The translations under genes and the position numbers were made by a program. 64,000 nt of DNA, taken from assembly GCA_963729605.1 (NCBI GenBank), contig CAVSNY010000004.1, forward strand, positions 287,666 through 351,665, in the 5' to 3' direction. The stretch comes from an uncultured Gammaproteobacteria bacterium. GTDB taxonomy: Bacteria > Pseudomonadota > Gammaproteobacteria > DRLM01. The notes under the pieces were generated by a model. That model was not told the DNA's origin, made no database searches, and worked only from the letters and a program-made list of their open reading frames with translations. Of the stretch, positions 51,086 through 60,923 are shown piece after piece; positions within the stretch are counted from its first letter, which is position 1; each line of letters starts with the position of its first letter.

Positions 51086-52339
51086 ATGACCCAGACCTTC
51101 GACAACGCCGACTTTTCCCTCGCCTATTATTCGGGCAACCGCAAGACCGGTTCCATCAAGGTGGTGCGCTGCGTGGGGGGACGGGTGAACGTGTTGCCCT
51201 TGGCCGTGGAACCGGAAAGTGCCTTGGAGCCGGTTTTGAAACCGATGCTGGTGGGTGTGAGCGAAGAATTTCAGGTCATCTTGCTCGACCCCAAGAGCAA
51301 ACAATTGCGGGTACAGACCGCCTTTCCCGCCGACGCCTTTCCCGCTCATATTTACAGCGACCCCCATTCCGACCGCGATTGGTTCATGAACGACGGCGAC
51401 AAGGCGACCGGCAACGATACGCTCAACTGCGGCGATCAAGGCTCCTCGGTCACCGTCATCGAAAACGCCGGTAGCGCGCAGGCCCGGTTCCTCAAGACCA
51501 TTTGCGTGGGCCGTGGCCACCATCAAGCCGCCTTCAGTTACCCGTCGCCGGAGAGGCCCCACGTGCCGCGCCGCGCCTACATCAGCAGCCTCAACGACGG
51601 CACGATCTCGGTGATCGGCAACGATCCGCTGGACGCCGCCAGTTATTTACAGATCATCACTACCATCGATCTGTGTGAACCGGGCAAAGAAGAGGGCGCG
51701 GCGGCCAGCGTGCCCAATAAATCCTTTCCCCATGGGTTGGCCTATTCGCCGCTCACCGGCAAGCTCTACAATCTCAACAACGGCTACGGCACGATCGCGG
51801 TGATCGATCCCGTATCCAATCTCATCGAAGAGCGGATCGCCTGCAAAGGTTATAGCAATCTGATCGCCTCGCCGGACCCGCGTTATCTGATCGCGCGCGG
51901 CGCCGACCGCAAGTCCGACCCCGAACACGTCATCGGTAAGTTCGCGGTGCTCGACCTGGTGAGCAAAACCCTGGTCGACAAACTCGATCTGCGCGACGTC
52001 TATCTCAGCAAATACTTCTTCAATCCGGAAGGCAGCAAACTCTATTTCACGACCGCCAGCTCCGGCAGCCCCGAGCAGTTGCGACACCTCAAGACCGACG
52101 TGCTGCTGGTGCTGGACATGGCCGCGCTGCCCAAGCTCGAACTGATTAAAGAGGTCAAGGTCGGCTCCTCCAGTTCGGTGGCGTTTCACAGCGTAGGCCG
52201 CCGCACCCGTTTGGTGTTTTCCTCCGATCCGGAGAGCGGCGCGCTGGTGGTGCTGGACGGCGGCGAGGACACGGTGCTGGATACGATCGCGGTCACCGAG
52301 GGCGTGCCGCACTCGCGGATCTGGATGGTCGCGCAATAA
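51086..52339 (+). CDS. YncE/YVTN-like beta-propeller protein
   Basis: ICVGRGHH, DGTISVI, PHGLAYSP, GTIAVIDP repeats. Confidence 0.78.
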   Translation: MTQTFDNADFSLAYYSGNRKTGSIKVVRCVGGRVNVLPLAVEPESALEPVLKPMLVGVSEEFQVILLDPKSKQLRVQTAFPADAFPAHIYSDPHSDRDWFMNDGDKATGNDTLNCGDQGSSVTVIENAGSAQARFLKTICVGRGHHQAAFSYPSPERPHVPRRAYISSLNDGTISVIGNDPLDAASYLQIITTIDLCEPGKEEGAAASVPNKSFPHGLAYSPLTGKLYNLNNGYGTIAVIDPVSNLIEERIACKGYSNLIASPDPRYLIARGADRKSDPEHVIGKFAVLDLVSKTLVDKLDLRDVYLSKYFFNPEGSKLYFTTASSGSPEQLRHLKTDVLLVLDMAALPKLELIKEVKVGSSSSVAFHSVGRRTRLVFSSDPESGALVVLDGGEDTVLDTIAVTEGVPHSRIWMVAQ

Positions 52340-52351
52340 AACGCGGTGAAT

Positions 52352-52391
52352 AAAAAAGCGGGCGGCCGAGGTGATCGGCCGCCCGCTGTTT
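52352..52391. terminator. bidirectional terminator between convergent genes
   Basis: AAAAAAGCGGGCGGCCGA-loop-TCGGCCGCCCGCTGTTT. Confidence 0.8.
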
Positions 52392-52410
52392 GCGGCGTGT
52401 TAGGCGTGGT

Positions 52411-52782
52411 CTATTTGGCCTTGGCGATCTTGGCCTTTTCGATCAGCAGCGGATAGGTGTAGCCCGCGCCGAAATCCTTGTCCACCGCGATGGTGCCGGT
52501 GACGATCACGTTGTCGCCGACGTTGGCGGTCTCGTCGCTGGTCACCGTGAGGTCGTTGCTGCCCTGTTTACCGGTGCCGTCCTGAATGTGCAGAAAGTTG
52601 CGATTCATGACGCCGTTGTTGACCTTCACCACTTTGCCCTTCACCTGCACTTCATGGCCGCTGAGTTTGGCCTTTTCGGCGAATAAAGCCTCGACGGTTT
52701 TTTGCTCGGCCGCCGTGGCGAAGGTGGAGACGCCGCCGAGGCAGACCAGGCCCGCGATCAATCCCAGATATTTTCGTTGCAT
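52411..52782 (-). CDS. exported OB-fold protein
   Basis: Signal peptide; VKGKVVK, RNFLHIQDGT, DKDFGAGY.Y..LIE. Confidence 0.78.
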   Translation of the reverse strand: MQRKYLGLIAGLVCLGGVSTFATAAEQKTVEALFAEKAKLSGHEVQVKGKVVKVNNGVMNRNFLHIQDGTGKQGSNDLTVTSDETANVGDNVIVTGTIAVDKDFGAGYTYPLLIEKAKIAKAK

Positions 52783-53012
52783 GAAAGGCTCCCGCTTTAG
52801 AAAAAGGTTTTTTAGCATGTTTGGCGGCGCGAGCATAGCGCGCGGCGGCGTGAGCAGGCTACGCATTGTTTACCGTGGCCGTCAAGGGGTGTCGCGGTAC
52901 GCCGGGCTTGATTACAATGGCAGCCCCCGGCCGGCCGCACCAGGCTCGGTCATCGCGGTTCATTTATTCTCGCCCGCTGCGGCGAACAACGCAGCGCAGG
53001 AAGTCTTCCACC

Positions 53013-55342
53013 ATGATCAGCATTAACGCCCGTTTAGCCCAGGAACTCGTCGCCAAGGAAAGCCAGGTCGCCGCCGCGGTGGCGCTGCTCGACGAGGGGG
53101 CGACCGTGCCTTTCATCGCCCGTTACCGCAAAGAGGCCACCGGCGGTCTGGATGACACCCAGTTGCGCCTGTTGGAAGAACGGCTGGGTTATCTGCGCGA
53201 ATTGGAAGAGCGCCGCGCCGCGGTACTCAGCAGCATCGACGAGCAGGGCAAGCTCACCCCCGAATTGGCGGCGGCTATCAACGAAGCCGACACCAAGACC
53301 CGCCTCGAAGATTTATACCGGCCGTATATGAAAAAGCGCCGCACCAAGGCGCAGATCGCCCGCGAGGCGGGCCTCGAACCCTTGGCGCTGGCGCTGTTGC
53401 AAGACCCCCGCTGGTGCCGGAAACCGCCGCGCAAATTTATGTGGACGCGGATAAAGGCGTGGCCGATGCCGCCGCCGCGCTGGACGGCGCGCGGCAAATC
53501 CTCATGGAAAATTTCGCCGAGGACGCCGAGCTGGTCGGCAAGCTGCGCGAGTTCGCCTGGGACGAGGGCAAGCTGGTTTCCAAGGTGGTGACGGGCAAGG
53601 AACAGGACGGCGCGAAATTCGCCGATTATTTCGACGCCGCCGAGCCGATCAAAAACATCCCGTCGCATCGCGCGCTGGCCTTGTTCCGCGGCCGCAGCGA
53701 AGGCGTGTTGCAGCTGAGCCTGCTGCTCGACGCGCTCGACGAAAACGGCAAGCCGCTGGCGGAGCGCAGCCGCGGCGAGGTGATGATCGCCGGTCATTTC
53801 CATATCGAGGATCGCGGCCGGCCCGCCGACCGCTGGCTGCTCGACACCGCGCGCTGGGCCTGGCGGGTGAAACTCTCGCTGCACCTCGAAACCGAATTGA
53901 ATCTGCGCCTGCGCGAACAGGCCGAGGAGGAAGCCATCAAGGTCTTCGCCCGCAATCTGCACGATTTATTATTGGCCGCGCCCGCCGGGCCGCGCGTCAC
54001 CTTGGGGCTCGATCCCGGTCTGCGCACCGGCGTGAAGGTGGCGGTGGTGGACGCCACCGGCAAGCTGGTGGACACCGCGACGATTTATCCGCACGTGCCC
54101 AAGAATCAATGGGACGAATCCCTGCGCCTGCTGGCCCAGCTCGCCGCGAAGCACAAGGTGGAAATCATCAGCATCGGCAACGGCACGGCCTCGCGCGAGA
54201 CCGACAAACTGGCGAAGGAGTTGATCAAGCGCCATCCCGAACTCAAGCTCAGCGCGGTGATGGTGTCGGAGGCGGGCGCCTCGGTGTATTCGGCGTCCGA
54301 ATTGGCGGCGCGGGAATTTCCCGAACTCGACGTCTCGCTGCGCGGCGCGGTGTCCATCGCGCGGCGCTTGCAGGATCCGCTCGCGGAACTGGTGAAGATC
54401 GATCCCAAATCCATCGGCGTCGGCCAGTATCAACACGACGTAAGCCAGACCCGTCTCGCGCGCAGCCTGGAAGCGGTGGTGGAGGACGCGGTGAACGCGG
54501 TGGGCGTGGACGTCAACACCGCCTCGGCGCCGTTGCTGGCGCGGGTGGCGGGACTCAACGCCACTCTCGCCGGCAATATCGTCGCCTTTCGCGACCAGCA
54601 CGGCGCCTTTCGCAATCGTGAGCAAATCAAAAACGTCGCGCGCTTCGGCCCCAAGGCCTACGAACAGGCGGCGGGTTTTCTGCGGGTGATGAACGGCGAC
54701 AATCCGCTCGATGCGTCGGCGGTCCATCCCGAGGCCTATCCGGTGGTGGAGCGCATCGTCGCGGCCAGCGGCCGCGCGGTGAAGTCGCTGATCGGCGATC
54801 GCGCTTTTCTGCGCCAGCTCGCGCCCAAGGATTTCATCGACTCGCGTTTCGGCGAACCGACGGTAAAGGACATTCTCGCCGAATTGGACAAGCCCGGCCG
54901 CGACCCGCGCCCCGAATTCAAGACCGCGGTGTTCAAGGATGGCGTGGAGACTTTGAAGGATTTGCAGCCCGGCATGCGCTTGGAAGGCGTGGTCACCAAC
55001 GTCACCAACTTCGGCGCCTTCGTCGATGTCGGCGTGCATCAGGACGGTCTGGTGCACATCTCGCAGCTCGCGGATAAATTCGTCTCCGATCCGCACAGCG
55101 TGGTGAAGGCCGGCGATGTGGTGCAGGTGCGGGTGGTCGAAGTCGATTTGCCGCGTAAACGCATCGCGCTCAGCATGCGCAGCGACAGCGGCGCCGACGC
55201 GGCGGCGGCGCCCAAGATACAGACGCCGGCCGGCGCGCGGCCGGCGGGCAAGGGCGGCAAAGAATCGCGCCCCGTACAACAGCCGGCGCCGGCCACTGCG
55301 ATGGCGGCGGCCTTCGCTAAACTCAAAGGCAATGATCGGTGA
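53013..55342 (+). CDS. tex: Tex/YhgF transcription accessory protein; single frameshift near 53410 (likely sequencing error)
   Basis: [48 protein letters not shown]-terminal S1 domain; split over two frames. Confidence 0.92.
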
Positions 55343-55401
55343 AATCATGCCGCCGATGACGCCGGCCGGTGTGGTGGTGAAAGCGCGCGGAGGGATGGCG
55401 T

Positions 55402-55746
55402 ATGGATAGGCTCACTCGCCAGATCAGCGAATCGTTAGCGGAGATCGAGGCCGAGCTGCGCCGCTTGGAGTTATGGGAAGGCGTGTCGCCCGCGGTGCAA
55501 GATTTAATGAGCGCCCAGCCGTTTTGTTATGACACCTTGGAATTTCCGCAGTGGTTGCAATGGCTGTTCCTGGCGCGCATGAAGGCGCTCGTCGATGCCG
55601 GCGGACCTTATCCCGCACGGAGCGGCATCCACGCCTACGCGGAAGAGTGGGCGGCGCATGCCGCGGTCGAGGGCGCGCACTTGTTGGTGCTCATCAAACA
55701 TGTCGATGCGTTGATCGAAGCGCCGCGTCCGTCCGCCCAAGCTTGA
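55402..55746 (+). CDS. yqcC: YqcC family protein
   Basis: QPFCYDTLEFPQWLQWLF..RM. Confidence 0.9.
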   Translation: MDRLTRQISESLAEIEAELRRLELWEGVSPAVQDLMSAQPFCYDTLEFPQWLQWLFLARMKALVDAGGPYPARSGIHAYAEEWAAHAAVEGAHLLVLIKHVDALIEAPRPSAQA

Positions 55747-56032
55747 GCCACCTTGCCGGCATAGTGTGCCGGCCGCTTCGTTGCTGCCGTAATGGACCTG
55801 TGGAATACGCTTAATTTTAAGCGGCTTCGTCATCGCGGGTGGCTTAGGCTCGTTTTTTCGCCGTAACCTACCGAGCATGCCGTTAGGCGCCCATTGAAAT
55901 ACTGGAGTGTGCTGCGCACCGGTGGTGGTTACGCAAAAAACGCTCACCCTCCCCACGTTTCGAAACTGTGCATTATTCACCTTGCATCCCGCCGGAATGT
56001 TCTCTAGTCTGAAATCAACCCCGATTTAAAGG

Positions 56033-56974
56033 ATGCCGACAGTGGACGGTGCCGACACGGCCTGGAGCTACCTGACCAAGCTGCCGCAGCTGTTGAACGA
56101 ATACAGCGGTTTTTCCTATCCGCTGCTGGGCGTCTTGCTGGTGGCGGGGGCGCTGTTGCTGGGAATACACCTCTATCGCAAACGCGCCCAGCACGCCGGG
56201 TTGTCGGCCGCGGCGGTGATGCTCGGCGCGCTTTTACTGTTTTTATCCTCCGGCGGTTTTTTTCTCAAATATGTCGGTTCCGTGCAGGCGGAGCGGGCGC
56301 GGACGGCCTTCATTACCGATCATCGTGTGCCGGCGGGGGAGCACTGGCTGCTGGTGTTTGATTTCGCCTTGCCCGCCAACCTCGATGCGACGGCGCGTCA
56401 GCAATATCTCGGTCGCATGGAAAATCTGGTGGCGGCCATGTCGGAGGTGTTATTGGAAGATTTGCCGCAGGATTTCCGTCAACCGCGGGTGGTGCGTATC
56501 CCCACTTCCGGCAGTCCTTGGCACAAGGGCATCGGTCAGGGAAATTTCGAGGAAGTCATCACCGAACTCAACGCCTTCGAGATCATGTGGGGCAATGTCC
56601 ACGAACAGGGCGACCAGGCCAAGGCCTTTCTGGGTATCCCCCGTCAGCTCGCCAAGGACCTCGACACCATCATACCGCTGCGCGATTTCGCCTTCGGCCA
56701 GGACGTCCGTCGCGAACACCAGTTCGGCGACGGGTATTACCGCCTGTTGGGATTGGTCACCCTCGGCATGGCCTTGGACACCCACCGCCAGGCCGGGCAG
56801 GCCGCCGGCGACGAACGTCGCCGCTTGTTTTTACAGGCGGTGCAGCAACTCAACAAGGCGCGCGAGCTGGTCAACAATCGCCGCGACGATCCTATTCTGC
56901 AACGCACGCTCTACAGCGCCAAGGTGGACGAGTTGATCAACGTGTCCCTCAACGAAGCGGGTTTGACGCCATGA
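56033..56974 (+). CDS. hypothetical membrane protein (2 TM plus soluble domain)
   Basis: Two hydrophobic helices; host-like codon use; ATGA overlap with the next gene. Confidence 0.75.
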   Translation: MPTVDGADTAWSYLTKLPQLLNEYSGFSYPLLGVLLVAGALLLGIHLYRKRAQHAGLSAAAVMLGALLLFLSSGGFFLKYVGSVQAERARTAFITDHRVPAGEHWLLVFDFALPANLDATARQQYLGRMENLVAAMSEVLLEDLPQDFRQPRVVRIPTSGSPWHKGIGQGNFEEVITELNAFEIMWGNVHEQGDQAKAFLGIPRQLAKDLDTIIPLRDFAFGQDVRREHQFGDGYYRLLGLVTLGMALDTHRQAGQAAGDERRRLFLQAVQQLNKARELVNNRRDDPILQRTLYSAKVDELINVSLNEAGLTP

Positions 56975-58116
56975 AAACCCGCGCTTATGGCTGGGCGGTC
57001 TTGTGGATCGCGTTAGGCTGGCTGAATACGGCGCAGGCCGGCATGGTCGTCGAGGTGCGGGATCCCCGCTTCTTCGAGCAGCAGCAGGCGGTGATCTTTC
57101 CCAAGGCCGAGGTCAAGCTGGTGACCTTCGAGTTCGAGGCGGTGGGCGACGATCAACGCGGTAAACAACGCGCCAAGGAATTGCACAATCAATTTCTCGC
57201 CAAGATCCATGATCTGCACGGCGGCGCCATCATCACCTTCGTCACGCCGCCGGGGCAGAAGATCGAGAATTACCGGGTGCAGGCCGAGCGGGTGGCGAAG
57301 GAGCAGCGGGCGCAAATGGTGTTGTGGGGGCGGATCATGGTGGACCGCGCCGGCACGCCGCTGATCAACGCGCGTTTGATGCTGGTCGAACCGCCGCCCG
57401 GCATCAGCGCCGATTACAACAAGCTCGCCGAGCTGGACCCGCACAGTTTCCCGGTAGGGGTGCGCGGCGTGATCGACGCACCGGTCACCCAATGGCGCGT
57501 GGATTTCAATACCGTCGAAAATGATGTCACGCCCTTGGCCTTGTATCTTTCCGGACTGGCGCGTTATTACAAAGGCGCGGTGCGCGGCGGCGGCGAGGCG
57601 GCGCGCTGGTTGAACGGCAGCATCGCCGATTTCAAGGCCTATGTCGCGGCGCTGCCGGAGGGCGCGGATCGCGGCGCCTTGTCGCAGGCCCATTTGTACC
57701 TCGCCCGCGCCTACGTGCGTTTGGCCGACGCGGAACCGGCGCGGGCGGCGGGTCATTTGAACGCCGCGCGGCAACAGGCCGGGTTGGCCGCCAGACTCAA
57801 CCCTTACGACGCCGCCGTGCCCACGGCGCAGGCGGTGATCGCCGCGCGGCAAGGCGCGCCGTTGACGGAATTGCGGAGCAAGCTCGCGCAGGCGGTGAGC
57901 ATGGCACCCGCCGACGGCAATGCGCGGGTCAATCTCGCGGTGCTGGACGGCGCGCAAGGCAAGGTCGGCGAGGCCTTGCGTCAGCTCGACAACGCCAGCT
58001 TCGTGCAACAGGCCCAGCAAAAGGCGGTCCCGCCCGCGGTGGACAATCTGCGCCAGCAATTGGCGCCCTATGCCGACCGTGCCGCACCTTCATCGCTCGC
58101 CGCGCCCGCCCGTTAG
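56971..58116 (+). CDS. hypothetical exported protein with a TPR-like C-terminus
   Basis: Signal peptide ending AQA; A..LNPYDA and APADGNARVNLA TPR-like turns. Confidence 0.75.
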   Translation: MKTRAYGWAVLWIALGWLNTAQAGMVVEVRDPRFFEQQQAVIFPKAEVKLVTFEFEAVGDDQRGKQRAKELHNQFLAKIHDLHGGAIITFVTPPGQKIENYRVQAERVAKEQRAQMVLWGRIMVDRAGTPLINARLMLVEPPPGISADYNKLAELDPHSFPVGVRGVIDAPVTQWRVDFNTVENDVTPLALYLSGLARYYKGAVRGGGEAARWLNGSIADFKAYVAALPEGADRGALSQAHLYLARAYVRLADAEPARAAGHLNAARQQAGLAARLNPYDAAVPTAQAVIAARQGAPLTELRSKLAQAVSMAPADGNARVNLAVLDGAQGKVGEALRQLDNASFVQQAQQKAVPPAVDNLRQQLAPYADRAAPSSLAAPAR

Positions 58117-58284
58117 TTATCCGGCTTAAACGGGGCGGCATCCATCGGCGGGTCTCCTGCTAGAATGGCGTGGCGTCGCGCGCCGTAAGACTGAGTGTGA
58201 TGCCGGTTTATCGCGCACGGTCATCGTGTGTTAGGGAGCCGAGAGCGCGCGGCGCCGGATTAATAATAAATAATGGTGTATTGA

Positions 58285-59870
58285 ATGGAAGCCGTCTGGA
58301 TTTCGTTTGCGTTCGGCCTGGGATTTTTGGTGAAGCATCTCGGTTTGCCGCCTCTGATCGGTTATCTGGCGGCCGGCTTTATTTTAAGCAGCTTCGCATT
58401 GGAGGGCGGTGAAACCTTATCCCACGTCGCCCATATCGGCGTGTTGTTGTTGCTGTTCAGCGTCGGACTCAAACTGCGTTTGAAGAGCCTGGTGCGCCCC
58501 GAGGTCTTGGCCGGTTCATTGTTGCACGTGGTCATCACCGGCGTGGTGATGGGCGCCGTCTTGCGCTGGGCCTTGGACTTGGAATGGGGGATGGCCTTCT
58601 TTTTGGCCGTCGCCCTGGCTTTTTCCAGTACCGTGGTGGCGGCCAAGGTGTTGGAGGGCAAAAAGGAATTACGCGCCTTTCACGGCCGCGCGGCCATCGG
58701 CATTCTGGTGGTGCAGGATTTGCTGGCCGTCGCCATTCTGGGCATGTCAGGGGCCGGCGGTCCCACGCCGTGGGCATTGGCGGTTTTCATCATACCGTTG
58801 TTGCGTCCGGCGGTGCACCGGCTGCTGGAATGGAGCGGCCACGATGAATTACTGATCCTATTCGGTCTGCTGCTGGCCCTGGTGGTAGGCGGCGCCGGTT
58901 TTGAAGAGCTGGGTTTGAGTTCGGAATTGGGCGCCTTGCTGATGGGCGCCTTGCTGGCGGGCCACCGCCGCGCCTCGGAGTTGGCCAATTCCCTGTGGGG
59001 ACTGAAGGAGATTTTCTCGTCGGTTTCTTTTTGCAGATCGGCATGGCCGGTCTGCCGTCGTGGGACGGCTGGTGGGTGGCGGTCGCGCTCGCCTTGCTCC
59101 TGCCGTTCAAGGCCCTGCTGTTTTTTTTCATACTGGTGTTGTTCCGCTTGCGGGCGCGCAGCTCCTTTCTCGCTTCCCTGAGTCTCGCCACCTACAGCGA
59201 ATTCGGTTTGATCGTGATGAGCATGGCGGTGGCGCGCGGCTGGTTCGGCGTGGAGTGGCTGGTGATCCTGGCGGTGGCGGTTGCTCTATCCTTTGTTATC
59301 GCCGCGCCGCTCAATCGTTACGCCCATGACCTGTATCGCCTGCTCGAACGGTATTTGATGCGCGCCGAATCCAGCCGGCGCCATCCCGACGATACGCCCT
59401 TGCACGTGGGTTCTTCCAATATCCTCATCATGGGCATGGGCCGGGTCGGCACCGGCGCCTACGACTTCCTCACCAAACGCAAGCAACGGGTGATCGGCCT
59501 CGATTCCGATCCGGGCAAGGTGGAAGGCCACGCCGGGCAGGGCCGGCGGGTGTTGTACGCCGACGCGGAGGACCCGGGTTTGTAGCAGGACATCGACCTC
59601 GGCGGGGTGCGCGCGGTGTTATTGGCCATGCCCGACCGGGAGGCCAACGTCATCGCCGCTCAACAATTGCGCCGCGCCGGTTACGCGGGTTTCGTGAGCG
59701 CCACCGCGATCCATCCCGAAGAGGTGAAAGTGATCACCGCCGCCGGCGCCGACGAGGTGTATTACTACTACGACGAAGTGGGCGTCGGTTTCGCGGAGCA
59801 TGTCTGGGAACGGGTTTTCTCCTTGCCGCAGGAGATCAAGCCGGCGGTGAATGACCTGCCGGCGATCTGA
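58285..59870 (+). pseudogene. Kef-type (CPA2) cation:proton antiporter with TrkA-N domain; frameshift near 59015 and in-frame TAG at 59583-59585
   Basis: LLFSVGL, FSST, GILVVQD, YSEFG, GMGRVG; three consecutive ORF pieces; may be intact if both lesions are errors. Confidence 0.75.
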
Positions 59871-59984
59871 AAAAATCCGGTTCGCCGCCAAGGGCGCCAA
59901 GGATGCCAAGAAAATTCCTCTTGAATATGTCATGCCGTCGCCTCCGCAGCGGAAATGAGTCGAAGTATGGGTGGGCCAGGGTAG

Positions 59985-60893
59985 CTATCGCGGTGCGCCG
60001 TGGCCGAGGTTCGTGGCGCGTGGCTCGCGCACGATCATCGTGTCGCAGGGCAACCAGTCGAGCAAGCGAGCCGCGGTGCTGCCGATCAGGATGCTCATCA
60101 CGCCGCTGCGGCCGTGTGTGCCCATCACCACCACCTCGATGTCGTGTTCCCGCACATAGCGGCTGAGCGTGGTTTCGAGCGCACCCTGCTCGATGACCAC
60201 CTGCAGGCGGCCGCGCACCTCGGCCGGCAGCTCGCTCGCGGCGATAAAGGCGACGCATTCGCCCGCTTCGATGGCCGGGGCGCGGGCCTTGGGCGCCGTG
60301 TCCGCGGCGCCGGACAACGGGATCGTGTAGGCGTGGTAGAGGATCAGCTCCCGGTCGGGGAAAAGTCGCGCGGCGGCGTGCAGGGCATGGTGCGAGGAGT
60401 CCGAAAAGTCGGTGGCGACGAGGATACGCCGGTAGGCGCCGCGCGCGCGGTTGCGCACTACTAGCAGCGGCTGCGGAACGGTGCGCGCAAGGCGCTCGAC
60501 GGTGGCGCCCAGCAGGAATCGGCCGAATATTTCGTTGCGCGCCATGCCGGTGACGATCAGGCCGCAGCCGGTATCCGCGGCGGTCTCGCGGATGGCGCTC
60601 GCCGCGTCGCCGCGGGCGATGTGCACACTCGTGCGGATGTCGAGACCGGCGAGGTCGCGATGGATCTGCCGACGGGCGATGAGGGCATGTTGCTCGTCAC
60701 CCTTGGCGACCGCCCACGCCAGCATCCGGTCGGGGGCCTCCGGCACCTCCAGCACGTTCAGCACGACGAGTTCGGCCCGCCATGCGTCGGCCAACTGCGC
60801 GGCGCGGTCGAGGGCGCGGTCGCAGCGGGCGCTGAGGTCGGTGGCCAACAGCAGGCGGGCCGGCGGGCCGCTCATCCAGGCTTGTTGATTCAT
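59985..60893 (-). CDS. universal stress protein (tandem USP domains)
   Basis: LLATDLS and ILVATDFS starts; VMGTHGRSG...IGSTA. Confidence 0.92.
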   Translation of the reverse strand: MNQQAWMSGPPARLLLATDLSARCDRALDRAAQLADAWRAELVVLNVLEVPEAPDRMLAWAVAKGDEQHALIARRQIHRDLAGLDIRTSVHIARGDAASAIRETAADTGCGLIVTGMARNEIFGRFLLGATVERLARTVPQPLLVVRNRARGAYRRILVATDFSDSSHHALHAAARLFPDRELILYHAYTIPLSGAADTAPKARAPAIEAGECVAFIAASELPAEVRGRLQVVIEQGALETTLSRYVREHDIEVVVMGTHGRSGVMSILIGSTAARLLDWLPCDTMIVREPRATNLGHGAPR

Positions 60894-60923
60894 GGGTCGA
60901 CTCCTTTCATCGCGATGACCGTT

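Noticed and set aside
53400-53420. tex frameshift (and the TonB receptor frameshift near 29570) as phase variation
   Set aside because: Single missing base with no long simple repeat; more likely sequencing error
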